Shown here piece after piece: positions 17,813-28,186 of a stretch of 64,000 bases of DNA. Below the pieces are notes generated by a model. The model was not told the origin of the DNA, ran no database searches, and worked only from the letters and a program-made list of their open reading frames with translations. The DNA is taken from the NCBI GenBank assembly GCA_963770895.1, contig CAVYRF010000002.1, forward strand, positions 4,992,001 to 5,056,000, read 5' to 3'. The first letter of the stretch is position 1. Each line of letters starts with the position of its first letter. The translations under genes and the position numbers were made by a program. The DNA is from an uncultured Acidobacteriota bacterium. Its GTDB lineage: Bacteria > Acidobacteriota > Thermoanaerobaculia > Multivoradales > UBA5704.

Positions 17813-18973
17813 TCACTCCCAGCAGGACGACCCGGTCGCTGCCGCATTGGCGACCGAAATGAACGCAGGCTCGAGAGCCGTGCCGCCGCAGTTGGCCTTT
17901 TCCCAGCTGATGATCTTCTGAGCTCCGTCTTGGGTTCCTCCAACGCTGCCCAGTTGCCCCCAATAGAAATTTAGAAGAGTCGTCGTGCGGCTGGTGTTCA
18001 GCTCAAGAGCCCACGCGCACCAGCTGCGAGCCAGCAGATCGAAACGTTCGCCGTTGATGGCAAACGTGGCCGGGCACGTCGGGGTGGCGCTTTGATTCCA
18101 ACTTGGAGCGACGTAGATGATCTGCTGGTACCAGCGCAGCCGGCGGTAAAATCCATAGCTCGTATCGTTGTACATCGTCGTGAAGGTACTGGCAGTGGGA
18201 TCGGTCACCGAGTAGTCCCAGCTCAGGATGACATCCAGTCCTGTCGGAAAGCTCAGCGGGGCATACGCCATGCCGTACTGGTGAACGCTGCCCCCTCCAA
18301 GCGTAGCGCTCGTAGGGTAGCCGCCAATGACCGGAATGCCGGGCCACAGCGCCTTGATCGCCGCCGCGAGCGTATTGACAGTCGTGGGGTCGGTTACGGC
18401 GCCGTTGGCGTTGGCGAGCTCCGAGTGGAGCACGATCCCCGAGACCGTCGACGAGTTGATAAAGCTGCCTGCAGTCGCCTTGAAATTGTTCAGGCGCGTC
18501 TGGTAGTCGGAGCGGACGTACCAAGTGTTCGCGTTGACGCTGTTGTAGCACGTGGGGTTCTTGTCGCAAGCGCATGTCCGCGGCGTGACGGTTCCGAAGA
18601 TGACCGAAGTGAGATCCAGGATATACGGAACCGGTCCAATCGAGGGAAGGGTGCTCACAAGGTATGCGAGAGATTGGGCGTTGGTACTCAAACACGTGCC
18701 ATCCTGTGCGAGAGCGTCGGGGTCGTGATCGGGTGCCGAGTAGGCTGCGATGTTGGGGAAGATACCCAGGGCGTTCATGGCCACGAAATTGTCGATGTAT
18801 TTCAGGCAAGTAGCCCCGGGCGGACAGTTGGTGGTGTTGTAGCCCAGGTCAGCGATCCCATCTGAGGGACCGAAGTGACCTGGGGCACCGAGCGACGGCT
18901 TTGGGAATAGAAGCGTTGGGATTAGGAAGACCAGTAAGACGAAAGCTAGCTTGAGGGCCGATTTGGTACACAT
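17813..18973 (-). CDS. Secreted Cys-rich hypothetical protein, possibly glycoside-hydrolase-like
   Basis: AGGAAGGAG RBS; N-terminal signal peptide; lower GC than flanks; many Cys. Confidence 0.75.
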   Translation of the reverse strand: MCTKSALKLAFVLLVFLIPTLLFPKPSLGAPGHFGPSDGIADLGYNTTNCPPGATCLKYIDNFVAMNALGIFPNIAAYSAPDHDPDALAQDGTCLSTNAQSLAYLVSTLPSIGPVPYILDLTSVIFGTVTPRTCACDKNPTCYNSVNANTWYVRSDYQTRLNNFKATAGSFINSSTVSGIVLHSELANANGAVTDPTTVNTLAAAIKALWPGIPVIGGYPTSATLGGGSVHQYGMAYAPLSFPTGLDVILSWDYSVTDPTASTFTTMYNDTSYGFYRRLRWYQQIIYVAPSWNQSATPTCPATFAINGERFDLLARSWCAWALELNTSRTTTLLNFYWGQLGSVGGTQDGAQKIISWEKANCGGTALEPAFISVANAAATGSSCWE

Positions 18974-19469
18974 GCTCTGCTCCTTCCTGTTGCATAGTGG
19001 CGATTTCTAGAATGCCAATCCAGATTACGACGCCTTGTTGCACTAGGCTTCATGGTTAGAATACCACTAGTTAGGCGAAAAAAATCACGCAAAGTGCAAA
19101 TTCTTCTACTATGGTTCACGCTTAGATTCTGATCTTACCGCGCCCATTCGACCGCGGCAGCCGGGCGGCGCGGCGCCGTCTTCGAGGATGGCACCCAGCT
19201 GGCTTGATGAAGCGAGCGCGGCGGTGGTCGCCGGCGCGGAGCAGGTGACACTTCGGGCGATGGCACCCTGTCGCATGGGATGGCACGGCGGTTCGGCGGG
19301 TTCCGCGAAGCAAGGTCGGTGTGGCGGGCAAGATCGGTTGTGGGAAATACAAAGTGCGCCGGCTGGGACGTGTGAGGAGCGGGGCGGGCGGCTGCGGGCG
19401 GTCGCGACTGGCGTGCCGGGTGGTCGCGACCGGCGGGCGGCGCCGCGGGCGTGCGAGAATGCGGGGGCC

Positions 19470-22415
19470 ATGGCCCGCATCCTGCCCCCCAACTCGACGT
19501 CTGCTGCCTTTGCGGCAGCGGGGGGAGGTGCGTCTGGCGCTGCTGTGGCCCCGGGTGCGCGGGGTGGGGTGGCGGCGCCGGCGGGGTTGGGCGCCGTGGG
19601 GGTGGGAGCGGCGGCGATCGTCGAGGAGCGGGCGGCGCGGCCTTCGCTGGCGGCGCGGCGGCCGGGCGGTGCGGCTGGCGGCGAGGGTGGGGTGGCGCCG
19701 GAGGAGGTGCTGGATCGGTTTTTGGAGTGGACGGCGGATGCGGGATTTTCGCTGTATGCGGCGCAGGAGGAGGCGCTGCTGGAGATCGCGGCCGGCCGGC
19801 ATGTCATTTTGAACACGCCCACCGGGTCGGGCAAGTCGCTGGTGGCGCTGGGGCTGCATTTCAAGGCGTTTTGCGAGGGGCGGACGTCCTTCTATACCAG
19901 CCCGATCAAGGCGCTGGCGAGCGAGAAGTTCTTTTCGCTGTGCGACGACTTTGGCGCGGAAAACGTCGGCATGCTGACGGGGGACGCCAGCATCAACCCG
20001 CGGGCGCCGATCGTGTGCTGCACGGCGGAGGTGCTGTCCAACATGGCGCTGCGGCGCGGCGACCAGCTGGACGCGCCGTACGTGGTGATGGACGAGTTTC
20101 ACTACTACTCGGACCCGGAGCGGGGGGTGGCCTGGCAGATCCCGCTGATCAGTTTGCCGCATACGCGGTTCCTGCTGATGTCGGCGACGCTGGGCGACAT
20201 GACGGCGATTGCCGATCGGTTGCGCGCCGACACGGGAAACGACGTTGCGGTGATCACGTCGTCGGAACGGCCGGTGCCGCTCGACTTCGAATATCGCGAA
20301 ACGCCGCTGCACCAGACGGTCGAAGATCTGCTGGCGGTCGGCAAGGCGCCGATTTACATCGTGAACTTCACGCAGCGCGAGTGCGCCGAGCTGGCGCAGG
20401 CGCTGACCAGCATGAAGATCGCCAGCCGCGAGGAGCGGGAGCGGATTCGCGAGGCGGTGGGCGGCGCGCGTCTGGACACGCCGTATGGCAAGGAGTTTCG
20501 CCGCTTCCTTTCGTTCGGTATCGGCGTGCACCATGCGGGGCTGCTGCCCAAGTACCGGCTGCTGGTCGAGCAGCTGTCGCAAAAGGGATTGTTACGCGTG
20601 ATCTGCGGCACCGATACGCTGGGCGTCGGCGTCAACATTCCGATTCGCACGGTGCTGTTTTCGCGCCTGGCCAAGTTCGACGGCAAAAAGGTTTCGATGC
20701 TGTCGGTGCGCGACTTTCAACAGATCGCCGGGCGCGCCGGGCGCAAGGGTTTCGACGTCGAGGGGAGCGTCGTGGCGCAGGCGCCGCCGCACGTGGTCGA
20801 AAAGCGCCAGGCGGAGCGGCGCGCGGAAGAGGGCAAGAAGCGGCGCAAGGCGGCGCCCGCGGCGGCCAAGGGCGAAGTGTCGTGGAACCGCGAGACGTTC
20901 GAGAAGTTGATCTCGCGGCCGCCCGAAACGCTGCGCTCGCGGTTTCGCATGACGCATGGGATGGTGCTCGACCTGGTGCAGCGCGACGCCGAGCGCGACG
21001 ACCCTGCGCGCCGCAACTTCGCCGGGCTGCGCGAGCTGATCGCGCACAGCCATGAGGACGAAGCCAGCCGGCGGCGGCTGCTGGGGCACGCGGCGGTGCT
21101 GGTGCGGTCGCTGTATCGCGCCGGCATTTTGCACATGGCGCGCGACACGCGGCGGCAGTACCTGTGGGTGGTGGTGGACGCGGAGCTGCAGTGGGATTTT
21201 TCGCTGCACCAGTCGCTGGCGCTGTTTCTGATCGAGGCGCTGACGCGGCTGGACTCCCAGGGCGAAACGTACGCCGTCGACGTGGTGAGCCTGGTGGAGT
21301 GCGTCCTGGAAGACCCCGAGATCGTGCTGCGGCGCCAGGTGGACAAGCTCAAGCAGGAGCTGATCGCGCGTCTGAAGGCGGACGGCGTGCCCTTCGAGGA
21401 GCGCATCGAGCGGCTGGAGGAGGTGGTGCCGCCGCGGCCGCCGCAGCCGCTGGTGGACCTGCTGCACGGCGCGTTCGCGCGCTTTCGCGGCGACCACCCC
21501 TGGGTCGGCGGGCGCGACATCCGTCCCAAGTTGATCGGCCGCGAGCTGCTGCACGAATACCTGGGCTTTGGCGATTTCGTCAAGCGCTACGGCCTCGAGC
21601 GCAGCGAGGGGGTGCTGCTGCGCTACCTGTCGCAGCTCTACAAGACGCTCAAGCAGAGCGTCCCCGACGCGGCGCGCACGGAGGCGGTGTTCGACGCGAT
21701 CGGGTTTTTCCGCGCGCTGCTGGAGCGCACGGACGCGAGCCTGCTGGAGGAGTGGGAGGAGATGCTGCATCCCGAGCTGCGGCGCCTGCGCGCGCGGGAG
21801 CACGAGGCGGCCGAGGCGATCTGGGTGCGCGAGCTGATCGCCGATCCGCGCGCCTTCGACGCTCGGGTGCGCGCCGAGATGCACCTGCTGGTGCGCACCC
21901 TCGCGGCGCGCGACTGGGAGGCCGCCGCGGAGTCGGTGCGGCGGGACGCGGTGGGCGCGGTGTCCGAGGCGGGGGAGGCTGCGGACGGCGGCCAGCAGGG
22001 AGGCGCGGCCGTGGCGACGGGGGCGGTCGCGGTGGCGGTGACAGGAGCGGTTACGGAGGGGGAGACGGAAGCGACTGCGGAAGGGGCGACCGGCGGGGCG
22101 GCGGAAGCGGCTCCGGCCGATTTGCCGGCGGCGCCGGGGTGGGAGCCGGCGACGGGTGGCGGGTGGGACGCGGAGCGCTTCGAGCGCGACATGGCCCCCT
22201 TCTTTGCCGAGTACGGCGAGCTGCTGTTCACCCCCGAGGCGCGCCGCCACCAGCACACTCAGGTGCGGCGCACCGGCGACCGCACCTGGGAGGTGCGGCA
22301 GGTCCTGCTCGATCCTCTGGGCGACAACCTGTGGGCGATCCTGGGCGAGATCGACCTGCGTGATCCCCAGGCCCTGGAAGGCCCCCTGGTCCGGCTGCAG
22401 CGCATCGGGCCCTAG
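19470..22415 (+). CDS. Ski2/HelY-like DEAD/DEAH-box helicase with DUF3516-like C-terminus (start uncertain)
   Basis: TPTGSGKS, PIKALASEK, MDEFHY, MSATLG, HHAGLLP, QIAGRAGR. Confidence 0.9.
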   Translation: MARILPPNSTSAAFAAAGGGASGAAVAPGARGGVAAPAGLGAVGVGAAAIVEERAARPSLAARRPGGAAGGEGGVAPEEVLDRFLEWTADAGFSLYAAQEEALLEIAAGRHVILNTPTGSGKSLVALGLHFKAFCEGRTSFYTSPIKALASEKFFSLCDDFGAENVGMLTGDASINPRAPIVCCTAEVLSNMALRRGDQLDAPYVVMDEFHYYSDPERGVAWQIPLISLPHTRFLLMSATLGDMTAIADRLRADTGNDVAVITSSERPVPLDFEYRETPLHQTVEDLLAVGKAPIYIVNFTQRECAELAQALTSMKIASREERERIREAVGGARLDTPYGKEFRRFLSFGIGVHHAGLLPKYRLLVEQLSQKGLLRVICGTDTLGVGVNIPIRTVLFSRLAKFDGKKVSMLSVRDFQQIAGRAGRKGFDVEGSVVAQAPPHVVEKRQAERRAEEGKKRRKAAPAAAKGEVSWNRETFEKLISRPPETLRSRFRMTHGMVLDLVQRDAERDDPARRNFAGLRELIAHSHEDEASRRRLLGHAAVLVRSLYRAGILHMARDTRRQYLWVVVDAELQWDFSLHQSLALFLIEALTRLDSQGETYAVDVVSLVECVLEDPEIVLRRQVDKLKQELIARLKADGVPFEERIERLEEVVPPRPPQPLVDLLHGAFARFRGDHPWVGGRDIRPKLIGRELLHEYLGFGDFVKRYGLERSEGVLLRYLSQLYKTLKQSVPDAARTEAVFDAIGFFRALLERTDASLLEEWEEMLHPELRRLRAREHEAAEAIWVRELIADPRAFDARVRAEMHLLVRTLAARDWEAAAESVRRDAVGAVSEAGEAADGGQQGGAAVATGAVAVAVTGAVTEGETEATAEGATGGAAEAAPADLPAAPGWEPATGGGWDAERFERDMAPFFAEYGELLFTPEARRHQHTQVRRTGDRTWEVRQVLLDPLGDNLWAILGEIDLRDPQALEGPLVRLQRIGP

Positions 22416-22575
22416 CGCCCACCAGCCCCCATAGCCGGGCGCAGATCCTTTGGCGCGGCGCCGTAGCGCAGCGGCGGCCGGGCTGCTGCGTGGCGGATCG
22501 GGGTCCGCGGCGGCGGGTTCGTGCGTGCGATCATTTTGGTGCTGCGAATATCGGTGACGTTCGACGCATCAATTC

Positions 22576-22617
22576 TTGATTTGATGGCCGATATTTGTTA
22601 TTTTGAGCGCTCAAAAT
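22576..22617 (+). promoter_or_regulatory. Sigma70-type promoter (TTGATT-N17-TATTTT, extended TG) overlapped by the 18-bp palindrome ATTTTGAGCGCTCAAAAT
   Basis: -35 at 22576-22581, -10 at 22599-22604, perfect palindrome 22600-22617, AT-rich patch. Confidence 0.7.
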
Positions 22618-22635
22618 TCCAAAAGGAGGGCGCTC

Positions 22636-24945
22636 ATGCGACGGTGGCGAACGGAGAGCTGGAGTGGGCGCGGGTGGGGGCTGGCGGTCCTGGTGGGCGC
22701 GCTGGTGGCGTTGCGGCCGTGTGGTGCGGCTGCTGCTGCGGCGGCGGCGCTGGGCGACGCGGAGTGGGGGTGGTTTCAATGCCCCGAACTGTATGCCACC
22801 GAGGCCGAGCGCGCGGCGGCGGCGGCGCGCTTCTGGCGCCAGCTGGTGGAGCGGCATCCGGCGTGGAGCCACGACCAGGGGCTGGAGCTGTGGCGCGGTC
22901 TGCTGGCGGCCCGCTCGTGCGCGGGGGTGGTGCAGGACAGCCTGGTGGTGACCGGCCGCGCCGCGGAGGGCGCCGCTGCCGAGATCGTGCCCAGCCTGGG
23001 AGCGACCGTGCACACCCTGGATGCGGACCAGATCGCGACGCTGCCGCAGGGCGACGACGCGCCCTTCCAGCAGGTGCTGCTGCGCAATCCCGGCGTGGTC
23101 CAGGACTCCTTCGGCGAGGTGCACGTGCGCGGCGAGCATGGCAACGTGCAGTACCGGATCGACGGCATCCTGCTGCCGGAAAGCCTCAATGGCTTCGCGC
23201 AGGAGGTGGACACCCGTTTCGTGGAGTCGGTCACCCTGACCGACGGGTCGCTGCCGGCCGAGTTCGGCTTTCGCAATTCCGGCGTCATCGACGTCACTAC
23301 CAAGTCGGGCGACACGCTGCGCGGCGGTGAGGCGGGGATCCACGGCGGCAGCCATGGTGTGCTGCAGCCGAGCGTGCAGGCGGGAAACAGCAGCGGCCCC
23401 CTGTCCTGGTATGGGTCGGGGTCGTTCAAGCAGACCGACCTGGGCGTCGAGGGTCCCACCGCCAGTGCCGCGCCGCTGCACGACGCCTCGGACCAGGGCC
23501 GGGCCTTCGGCGCCGTCGCCTGGCAGCCCGACCCGTCGCAGCGCCTGAGCCTGCTGGCCAGCGCGGCTGCCGCCGAGTACCAGATCCCCGACGTGGCGGG
23601 CCGGCTGCCTGGCTACGCGGTCGCGGGCGCCGGCGCGCCCGATGATTCGGCGGCGCTCAACGACCGGCAGCGCGAGACGGATGCCTATGCCGTCGTCGCG
23701 TGGCAGCGGACCGACGGCGACCTGCATTACCAGGTTGCCGCCTTCAGCCGCCACGGCCGCATCGCGTTCACTCCCGACCAGGCTGGCGACCTGGCGTTCA
23801 GCGGCGTGGCCAGCCGGGTGGACGAGAGCTTCCTGTCGGATGGCGTGCAGCTGGATGCGTCCCATCCGTGGGGCGAAAGCAACACCGTGCGGGCCGGCGC
23901 CCTGGTCACCCGCGAGACCGCGGCGCGCGACACCGATTCGGCGGTCTTTGCCGCCGGCGCCGACGGGCGGCAGCTGTCCACCACGCCGATCGACCTGGCG
24001 GATGCGCAGGGGCTGCACGGTTTGCTTGCGGGCGGCTACCTGCAGGACGAATGGCACGCCGCCGTGCCGCTGACGGTCAATGCCGGGGTGCGCTTCGACC
24101 TGGATCGCGCGGTGCTGCACGAAAGCCAGCTTTCGCCGCGGCTGAACGGGGTCTGGCAGGTCGACCCGGCAACCGCCGCCCACGCCGGCTATGCGCGCTA
24201 CTTCACGCCGCCCAGCCTGCAGTACGTGCCGCCCGCGAGCGTCGCCCTGTTTGCCGGCACCACCAACGCGCCGCAGACGTTGGCCGATTCGCCGCCGCGC
24301 GCCGAGCGCTCGGACTACTACGACGCCGGTGTGACCCGGCGCCTGGCGCCGGGCTGGCAGGTGAGCCTGGACGCTTTCGACAAGGCGGCCCGACACCTCA
24401 TCGACCTGGGCCAGTTCGGCAACGCCATCATCCTGGCCCCCTTCAACTATCGCGTCGGTCGCGTGCACGGCGCGGAGCTTGCGACCACGGCGCACGCGGG
24501 CGGCCTGGCGCTGTACGCCAACGGTGCGTACGTCTTCACGCAGGCGCGCGACATCGATTCGGCCCAGTTCGAGTTCCCGGTGGCGGAGCTGGCCTACGTC
24601 GCCGGCCACGACATCCGCCTGGACCACGAAGGCGAGGTGGCGGCGTCCGCCGGCGCTTCCTATGGCTGGCAGGGAACCCGCGCGTTCCTCGACGTGCTCT
24701 ACTGCAGCGGGCTGCGGCGCGGCTTCGCCAACCTGTACAAGCTGCCGGCGTACTACCCGCTGGACGTGGGCGTCGAGCGCACCATGGCGGTGGCCGCCAC
24801 CGGCTTGGCGGTCAAGGTGCGCCTCGACCTGCTCAATGTGCTGGACCAGGTCTACCAGCTGCGGGATGGCACCGGCATCGGCATCGCCGCGTCCCAGTAT
24901 GGCCCTCGGCGCAGCCTTTATGGGGGTGTCGCCGTGCTGTTTTGA
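22636..24945 (+). CDS. TonB-dependent outer-membrane receptor
   Basis: AAGGAGG RBS; signal peptide; plug motif PGVVQDSFGEVHVRGEHGNVQYRIDG; LSPRL, NVLDQVY, terminal Phe. Confidence 0.9.
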   Translation: MRRWRTESWSGRGWGLAVLVGALVALRPCGAAAAAAAALGDAEWGWFQCPELYATEAERAAAAARFWRQLVERHPAWSHDQGLELWRGLLAARSCAGVVQDSLVVTGRAAEGAAAEIVPSLGATVHTLDADQIATLPQGDDAPFQQVLLRNPGVVQDSFGEVHVRGEHGNVQYRIDGILLPESLNGFAQEVDTRFVESVTLTDGSLPAEFGFRNSGVIDVTTKSGDTLRGGEAGIHGGSHGVLQPSVQAGNSSGPLSWYGSGSFKQTDLGVEGPTASAAPLHDASDQGRAFGAVAWQPDPSQRLSLLASAAAAEYQIPDVAGRLPGYAVAGAGAPDDSAALNDRQRETDAYAVVAWQRTDGDLHYQVAAFSRHGRIAFTPDQAGDLAFSGVASRVDESFLSDGVQLDASHPWGESNTVRAGALVTRETAARDTDSAVFAAGADGRQLSTTPIDLADAQGLHGLLAGGYLQDEWHAAVPLTVNAGVRFDLDRAVLHESQLSPRLNGVWQVDPATAAHAGYARYFTPPSLQYVPPASVALFAGTTNAPQTLADSPPRAERSDYYDAGVTRRLAPGWQVSLDAFDKAARHLIDLGQFGNAIILAPFNYRVGRVHGAELATTAHAGGLALYANGAYVFTQARDIDSAQFEFPVAELAYVAGHDIRLDHEGEVAASAGASYGWQGTRAFLDVLYCSGLRRGFANLYKLPAYYPLDVGVERTMAVAATGLAVKVRLDLLNVLDQVYQLRDGTGIGIAASQYGPRRSLYGGVAVLF

Positions 24946-24958
24946 GCCTGGGTGCCGG

Positions 24959-26467
24959 TCATCCGGCGAGCGGCGGGGCGGCGGCGGGTGTGGGCTGCCG
25001 GCGGCGGCCGAAGGGGCGGGCGAGCTCGGCCACGGCGCCGGCGAGGACCATGACCAGGGGCGCCGCGCCCTGGAGGAGCAGGCGGTCCCAGGTGAGCTGT
25101 GCGGCAAAGGCGGGGACCGGGTGGATGGAGTAGGCCGCCAGGCCGATCGCGGCCGGCGCCGCCGCCGCCAGCAGCAGGCGGCGATGCAGCGGATGGCGCA
25201 GCGTACGCCACCCGGCCGCCAGGAGCGCCAGCGCCAGCCACCAGAAGCCGCCCCAGGTGGCCCAGCGGGTCGTGTGCTCGACCAGGACCGGAGCGGCGCG
25301 GCGCAGGTTGAGCCAGACGTGGGACCAGGCGTGGCCGGTCGCGATCAGGTCGGGATAGTCCTCGTCCTGGCGATTGACGATGCCCAGGCGCCACGCATCG
25401 AGCAGAGCCAGGGCGGCGGCCAGCGGCAGCGCCGCCGCGACTGCCCGGCGCAGGCGCGCCGACACCCGCGCGCCGCCGGCGACCGGGGCGGGCGGCTTGC
25501 GGGCGGCGCGCCAGCCCAGGGCAAGGGGCACCAGGGCCAACAGGGCGCCTTCGTTCTTGGTCAGCGCCATCGCGGCCAGCAGCAGGCCCGTCGCGAGTGC
25601 ATCGCTCGCGCGCGGGCGCGGGCCGAGCGCCAGCGTGAGGGCGGCGGCGTAGAAACAGGCGAGCGGCAGATCGCTGTAGGCGGTGGTCGGGCCGCCGGCA
25701 CCGAGCGACATGAACGGCGTGACCGCCAGGGCGAGGGCCGCCAGGGCGGCGGCGGCGCTGCCGGCGGTGCGGCGCGCGCCGTCCCAGATGATCAGGAGGA
25801 GCGCCGGCAGAAAAGCGGCGTAGAGCGCGCGCACGCCGTGGGAGTCGGGATCGCCGTGAAAGGCTTCCAGCACGGCCACCTGCGCCAGGGGCAGCAGCAG
25901 CGGATATTGCGGATGGGTCACGTACCAGGGAGCTTCGCGCAGCACCGGCGCGTCCACCGTGCCGGCCTGCCGCACGTAGCGCGCCTGCATGGCCCAGGTC
26001 ATGCGGCCGTCCCAATCGCTGACCGGGTTGCTGACCGCTTCGGCAAAGGCCGCCAGGCTGAGGATCGCCGCCAGCAGCGCACAGGCGATGGCGATCCAGC
26101 GCCCGGCCTGCGCGCACCAGCCGGTGGCGGTGGGGGCGCCCGCGTGCGGTTCGTCGCGGGCGGAGCGCGGGGCGCCGGCGGCGGCCACGTGCCCGGCGGT
26201 GCGCCGCCGGACTGCTGCCGCGGCAAGGCCCGCCAGGGTCGGCGCCGCGGCCGCACACCAGATCGCCGGCGGCCGCAGCGGGACCGCGAAGAGGTGGGAC
26301 AGCGCGAAGAGCGAGCCCGACACGCATCCGATGCCGAGCAGGTAGCCGTAAGCGGCGCGCGCTGCCGGCGGCTTGGCGCGCACGGTGGCAAAGAGCTCCG
26401 TCAGGCCGTAGCCCGGCACGGCGAACAACGCCACGGCACCAACGCCGCCGGCGATCTCAGCGGACAT
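24959..26467 (-). CDS. Polytopic membrane protein, GT-C/ArnT-like glycosyltransferase
   Basis: WDGRMTW, HPQYPLLLP, YSDLPLA, TKNEG motifs; many TM helices. Confidence 0.7.
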   Translation of the reverse strand: MSAEIAGGVGAVALFAVPGYGLTELFATVRAKPPAARAAYGYLLGIGCVSGSLFALSHLFAVPLRPPAIWCAAAAPTLAGLAAAAVRRRTAGHVAAAGAPRSARDEPHAGAPTATGWCAQAGRWIAIACALLAAILSLAAFAEAVSNPVSDWDGRMTWAMQARYVRQAGTVDAPVLREAPWYVTHPQYPLLLPLAQVAVLEAFHGDPDSHGVRALYAAFLPALLLIIWDGARRTAGSAAAALAALALAVTPFMSLGAGGPTTAYSDLPLACFYAAALTLALGPRPRASDALATGLLLAAMALTKNEGALLALVPLALGWRAARKPPAPVAGGARVSARLRRAVAAALPLAAALALLDAWRLGIVNRQDEDYPDLIATGHAWSHVWLNLRRAAPVLVEHTTRWATWGGFWWLALALLAAGWRTLRHPLHRRLLLAAAAPAAIGLAAYSIHPVPAFAAQLTWDRLLLQGAAPLVMVLAGAVAELARPFGRRRQPTPAAAPPLAG

Positions 26468-27050
26468 CGGCGTTGGCGGCGGCGTGCGGCGTGCCGGGAG
26501 GCGGCCCACAAGCCGCGGTCGCCATTGCTGTTGCCGCGGCGGTTGCGCCGGTCGCGTCGGGGGAGCCCGGCGCGGACGGCGCCAGGCTGCCGATCCGCGC
26601 CGCAAACGTGCGCCGGTCGAGGACGCTTGCCGGGGCCTGCGAACAGGCGATGACGACCTGTTGGAAATCCGCCGGCAAGAGGCGGTCCAGGCGGTCCCAG
26701 GCGGCGGCCGTCAGGTGATTGAGCTGCCCCAGATAGACCGCGCGCCGCGGCGCCAGGTCATAGCGCACCCAATAGATGGCGCCGGTGCCCGGACTGTCGC
26801 CAGCCACGAGCAGATATGGCCGATCCACCGGCAGCGCCCGGCGCAGCTGGTCGATCGCCTGGCAGTAGGGGGTGCCGAACAGGCGCGCGCACGCTGCCGC
26901 GGTGCTTTCGCCGGCGACCTGTCGCGGCAGGCTGAGCAGATACCTGGCGATACTGGCAGTGCGCGGTGCGTTGAGGGCGAAATACACGCCCAGCAACGCC
27001 AACGCCAGCAGGCGGCTGCAGCGTTCGACCGCCGCGGCGGGCCGTTCCAT
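26457..27050 (-). CDS. Hypothetical membrane-anchored protein
   Basis: N-terminal TM; YWVRYDLAPRRAVYLG; overlaps the start of the downstream GT-C gene. Confidence 0.6.
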   Translation of the reverse strand: MERPAAAVERCSRLLALALLGVYFALNAPRTASIARYLLSLPRQVAGESTAAACARLFGTPYCQAIDQLRRALPVDRPYLLVAGDSPGTGAIYWVRYDLAPRRAVYLGQLNHLTAAAWDRLDRLLPADFQQVVIACSQAPASVLDRRTFAARIGSLAPSAPGSPDATGATAAATAMATAACGPPPGTPHAAANADVR

Positions 27051-27216
27051 TTTCAGCTGGCCGGCCATGCGCACGGCGGAAGCGTTTCGATTGCCGCCGC
27101 CAGCTTGCGGCAAGCACGGTGGCAGCGGGGGGGCACGGTCGGATCATACCGCCAACGAACGCACCCGGCCGTAACGGGTCGGGGCGTCGGTCCCCATGAA
27201 GGGCTACGGAAACTGG

Positions 27217-27900
27217 CTATCGAGGAAGGCGAGGTCCTGCTGGTCGAGAGGACGAATCGGGACCCTTTTTGTCGGTACTCCAAGCCGGGGATCTGGTGTC
27301 CAGGTCGCGCTTGGAAGCACGAGACGCCTTGTCTCTGCCGCGCGCCGATAAGCTTCGGCATGGCCCAAGGGACCCAAGGACAGATGCTCGATCGGTGAAG
27401 TCTGGAAAGGCGTCTGCAACGTTCAGATCGCCCAGGGCAGCCCAAAAGTGGGCGACCCCCTTGAACTCCGGCCATGCCTTCTCTATCAGGCTCTCACTGG
27501 CGGCGAACTTCTTCCGCTTTGCGATGTGAGCCAGCAACGCCCTCGCGCGTTCGATGGTGCCGTGGCGGTGATGATGCTTGGCTAAGGGCAGCAGGATCAG
27601 CAGGACCTGGCCGGCGGCTATGCCTCTTCTGGAGTGCACAAATCCATCCTCGTAGATGCGGCGAGGGGGAAGCGCCGCCGTCCAGAGGGGACCGATGCAT
27701 CCGTGAAGATCCCGAAGCAGCGGCGGCTTCGCGCCAGCATCGAGGTAGGTCACGTACTGATGGGCCATGGCGGAGGCGAACCATAGCCGGCGGCGGTCTG
27801 CGTCCAGCGGATAGGTCATCGCGGCGAGGATGCTTAGTAGAGGGTCGGTGAGGGCGAAGAACGAGCCTGTTATCGGAGCCTCGATGACCGGCATGCACAC
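27217..27900 (-). CDS. Hypothetical protein, likely mobile-element associated
   Basis: Lower-GC ORF with SESLIEKAWPEFKGVAHFWAA; tail may be frameshifted. Confidence 0.5.
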   Translation of the reverse strand: MCMPVIEAPITGSFFALTDPLLSILAAMTYPLDADRRRLWFASAMAHQYVTYLDAGAKPPLLRDLHGCIGPLWTAALPPRRIYEDGFVHSRRGIAAGQVLLILLPLAKHHHRHGTIERARALLAHIAKRKKFAASESLIEKAWPEFKGVAHFWAALGDLNVADAFPDFTDRASVLGSLGPCRSLSARGRDKASRASKRDLDTRSPAWSTDKKGPDSSSRPAGPRLPR

Positions 27901-28127
27901 CCCCGCCAGGCGCCCGCAGGTTGGACCAACGGCGCGGCAGCCGGTGCGGGAACCGGGGTTCGGGGATCAGTCTAGCCGCGCTTGAGGGGGTATTTTAGCA
28001 GTACAATCGAGGATGCAGCAGCGGCGGCCTGCTCAGCGTCAAGCAGGAGCAGCAAGCTTGTAGGCGCAGATGATGATCTTAGCGCTACGTCATCGCCGCA
28101 CCAGGAAACCCCTGCCGGTGGTGCTCC

Positions 28128-28153
28128 AACCCCTCTCCCGAAGGAGAGGGGTT
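28128..28153 (-). terminator. Stable hairpin (11-bp stem, cUUCGg loop on minus strand) downstream of precursor 3
   Basis: AACCCCTCTCC-CGAA-GGAGAGGGGTT; U-tract weak on minus strand, T4 on plus. Confidence 0.6.
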
Positions 28154-28186
28154 TTCGAGGAGGAGGAGGTGCCGCTGGCGAATCGG

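Noticed and set aside
19470-22415. Helicase as an anti-phage defence gene
   Set aside because: Standalone HelY/DUF3516-type gene with host-like GC and no partner nuclease.
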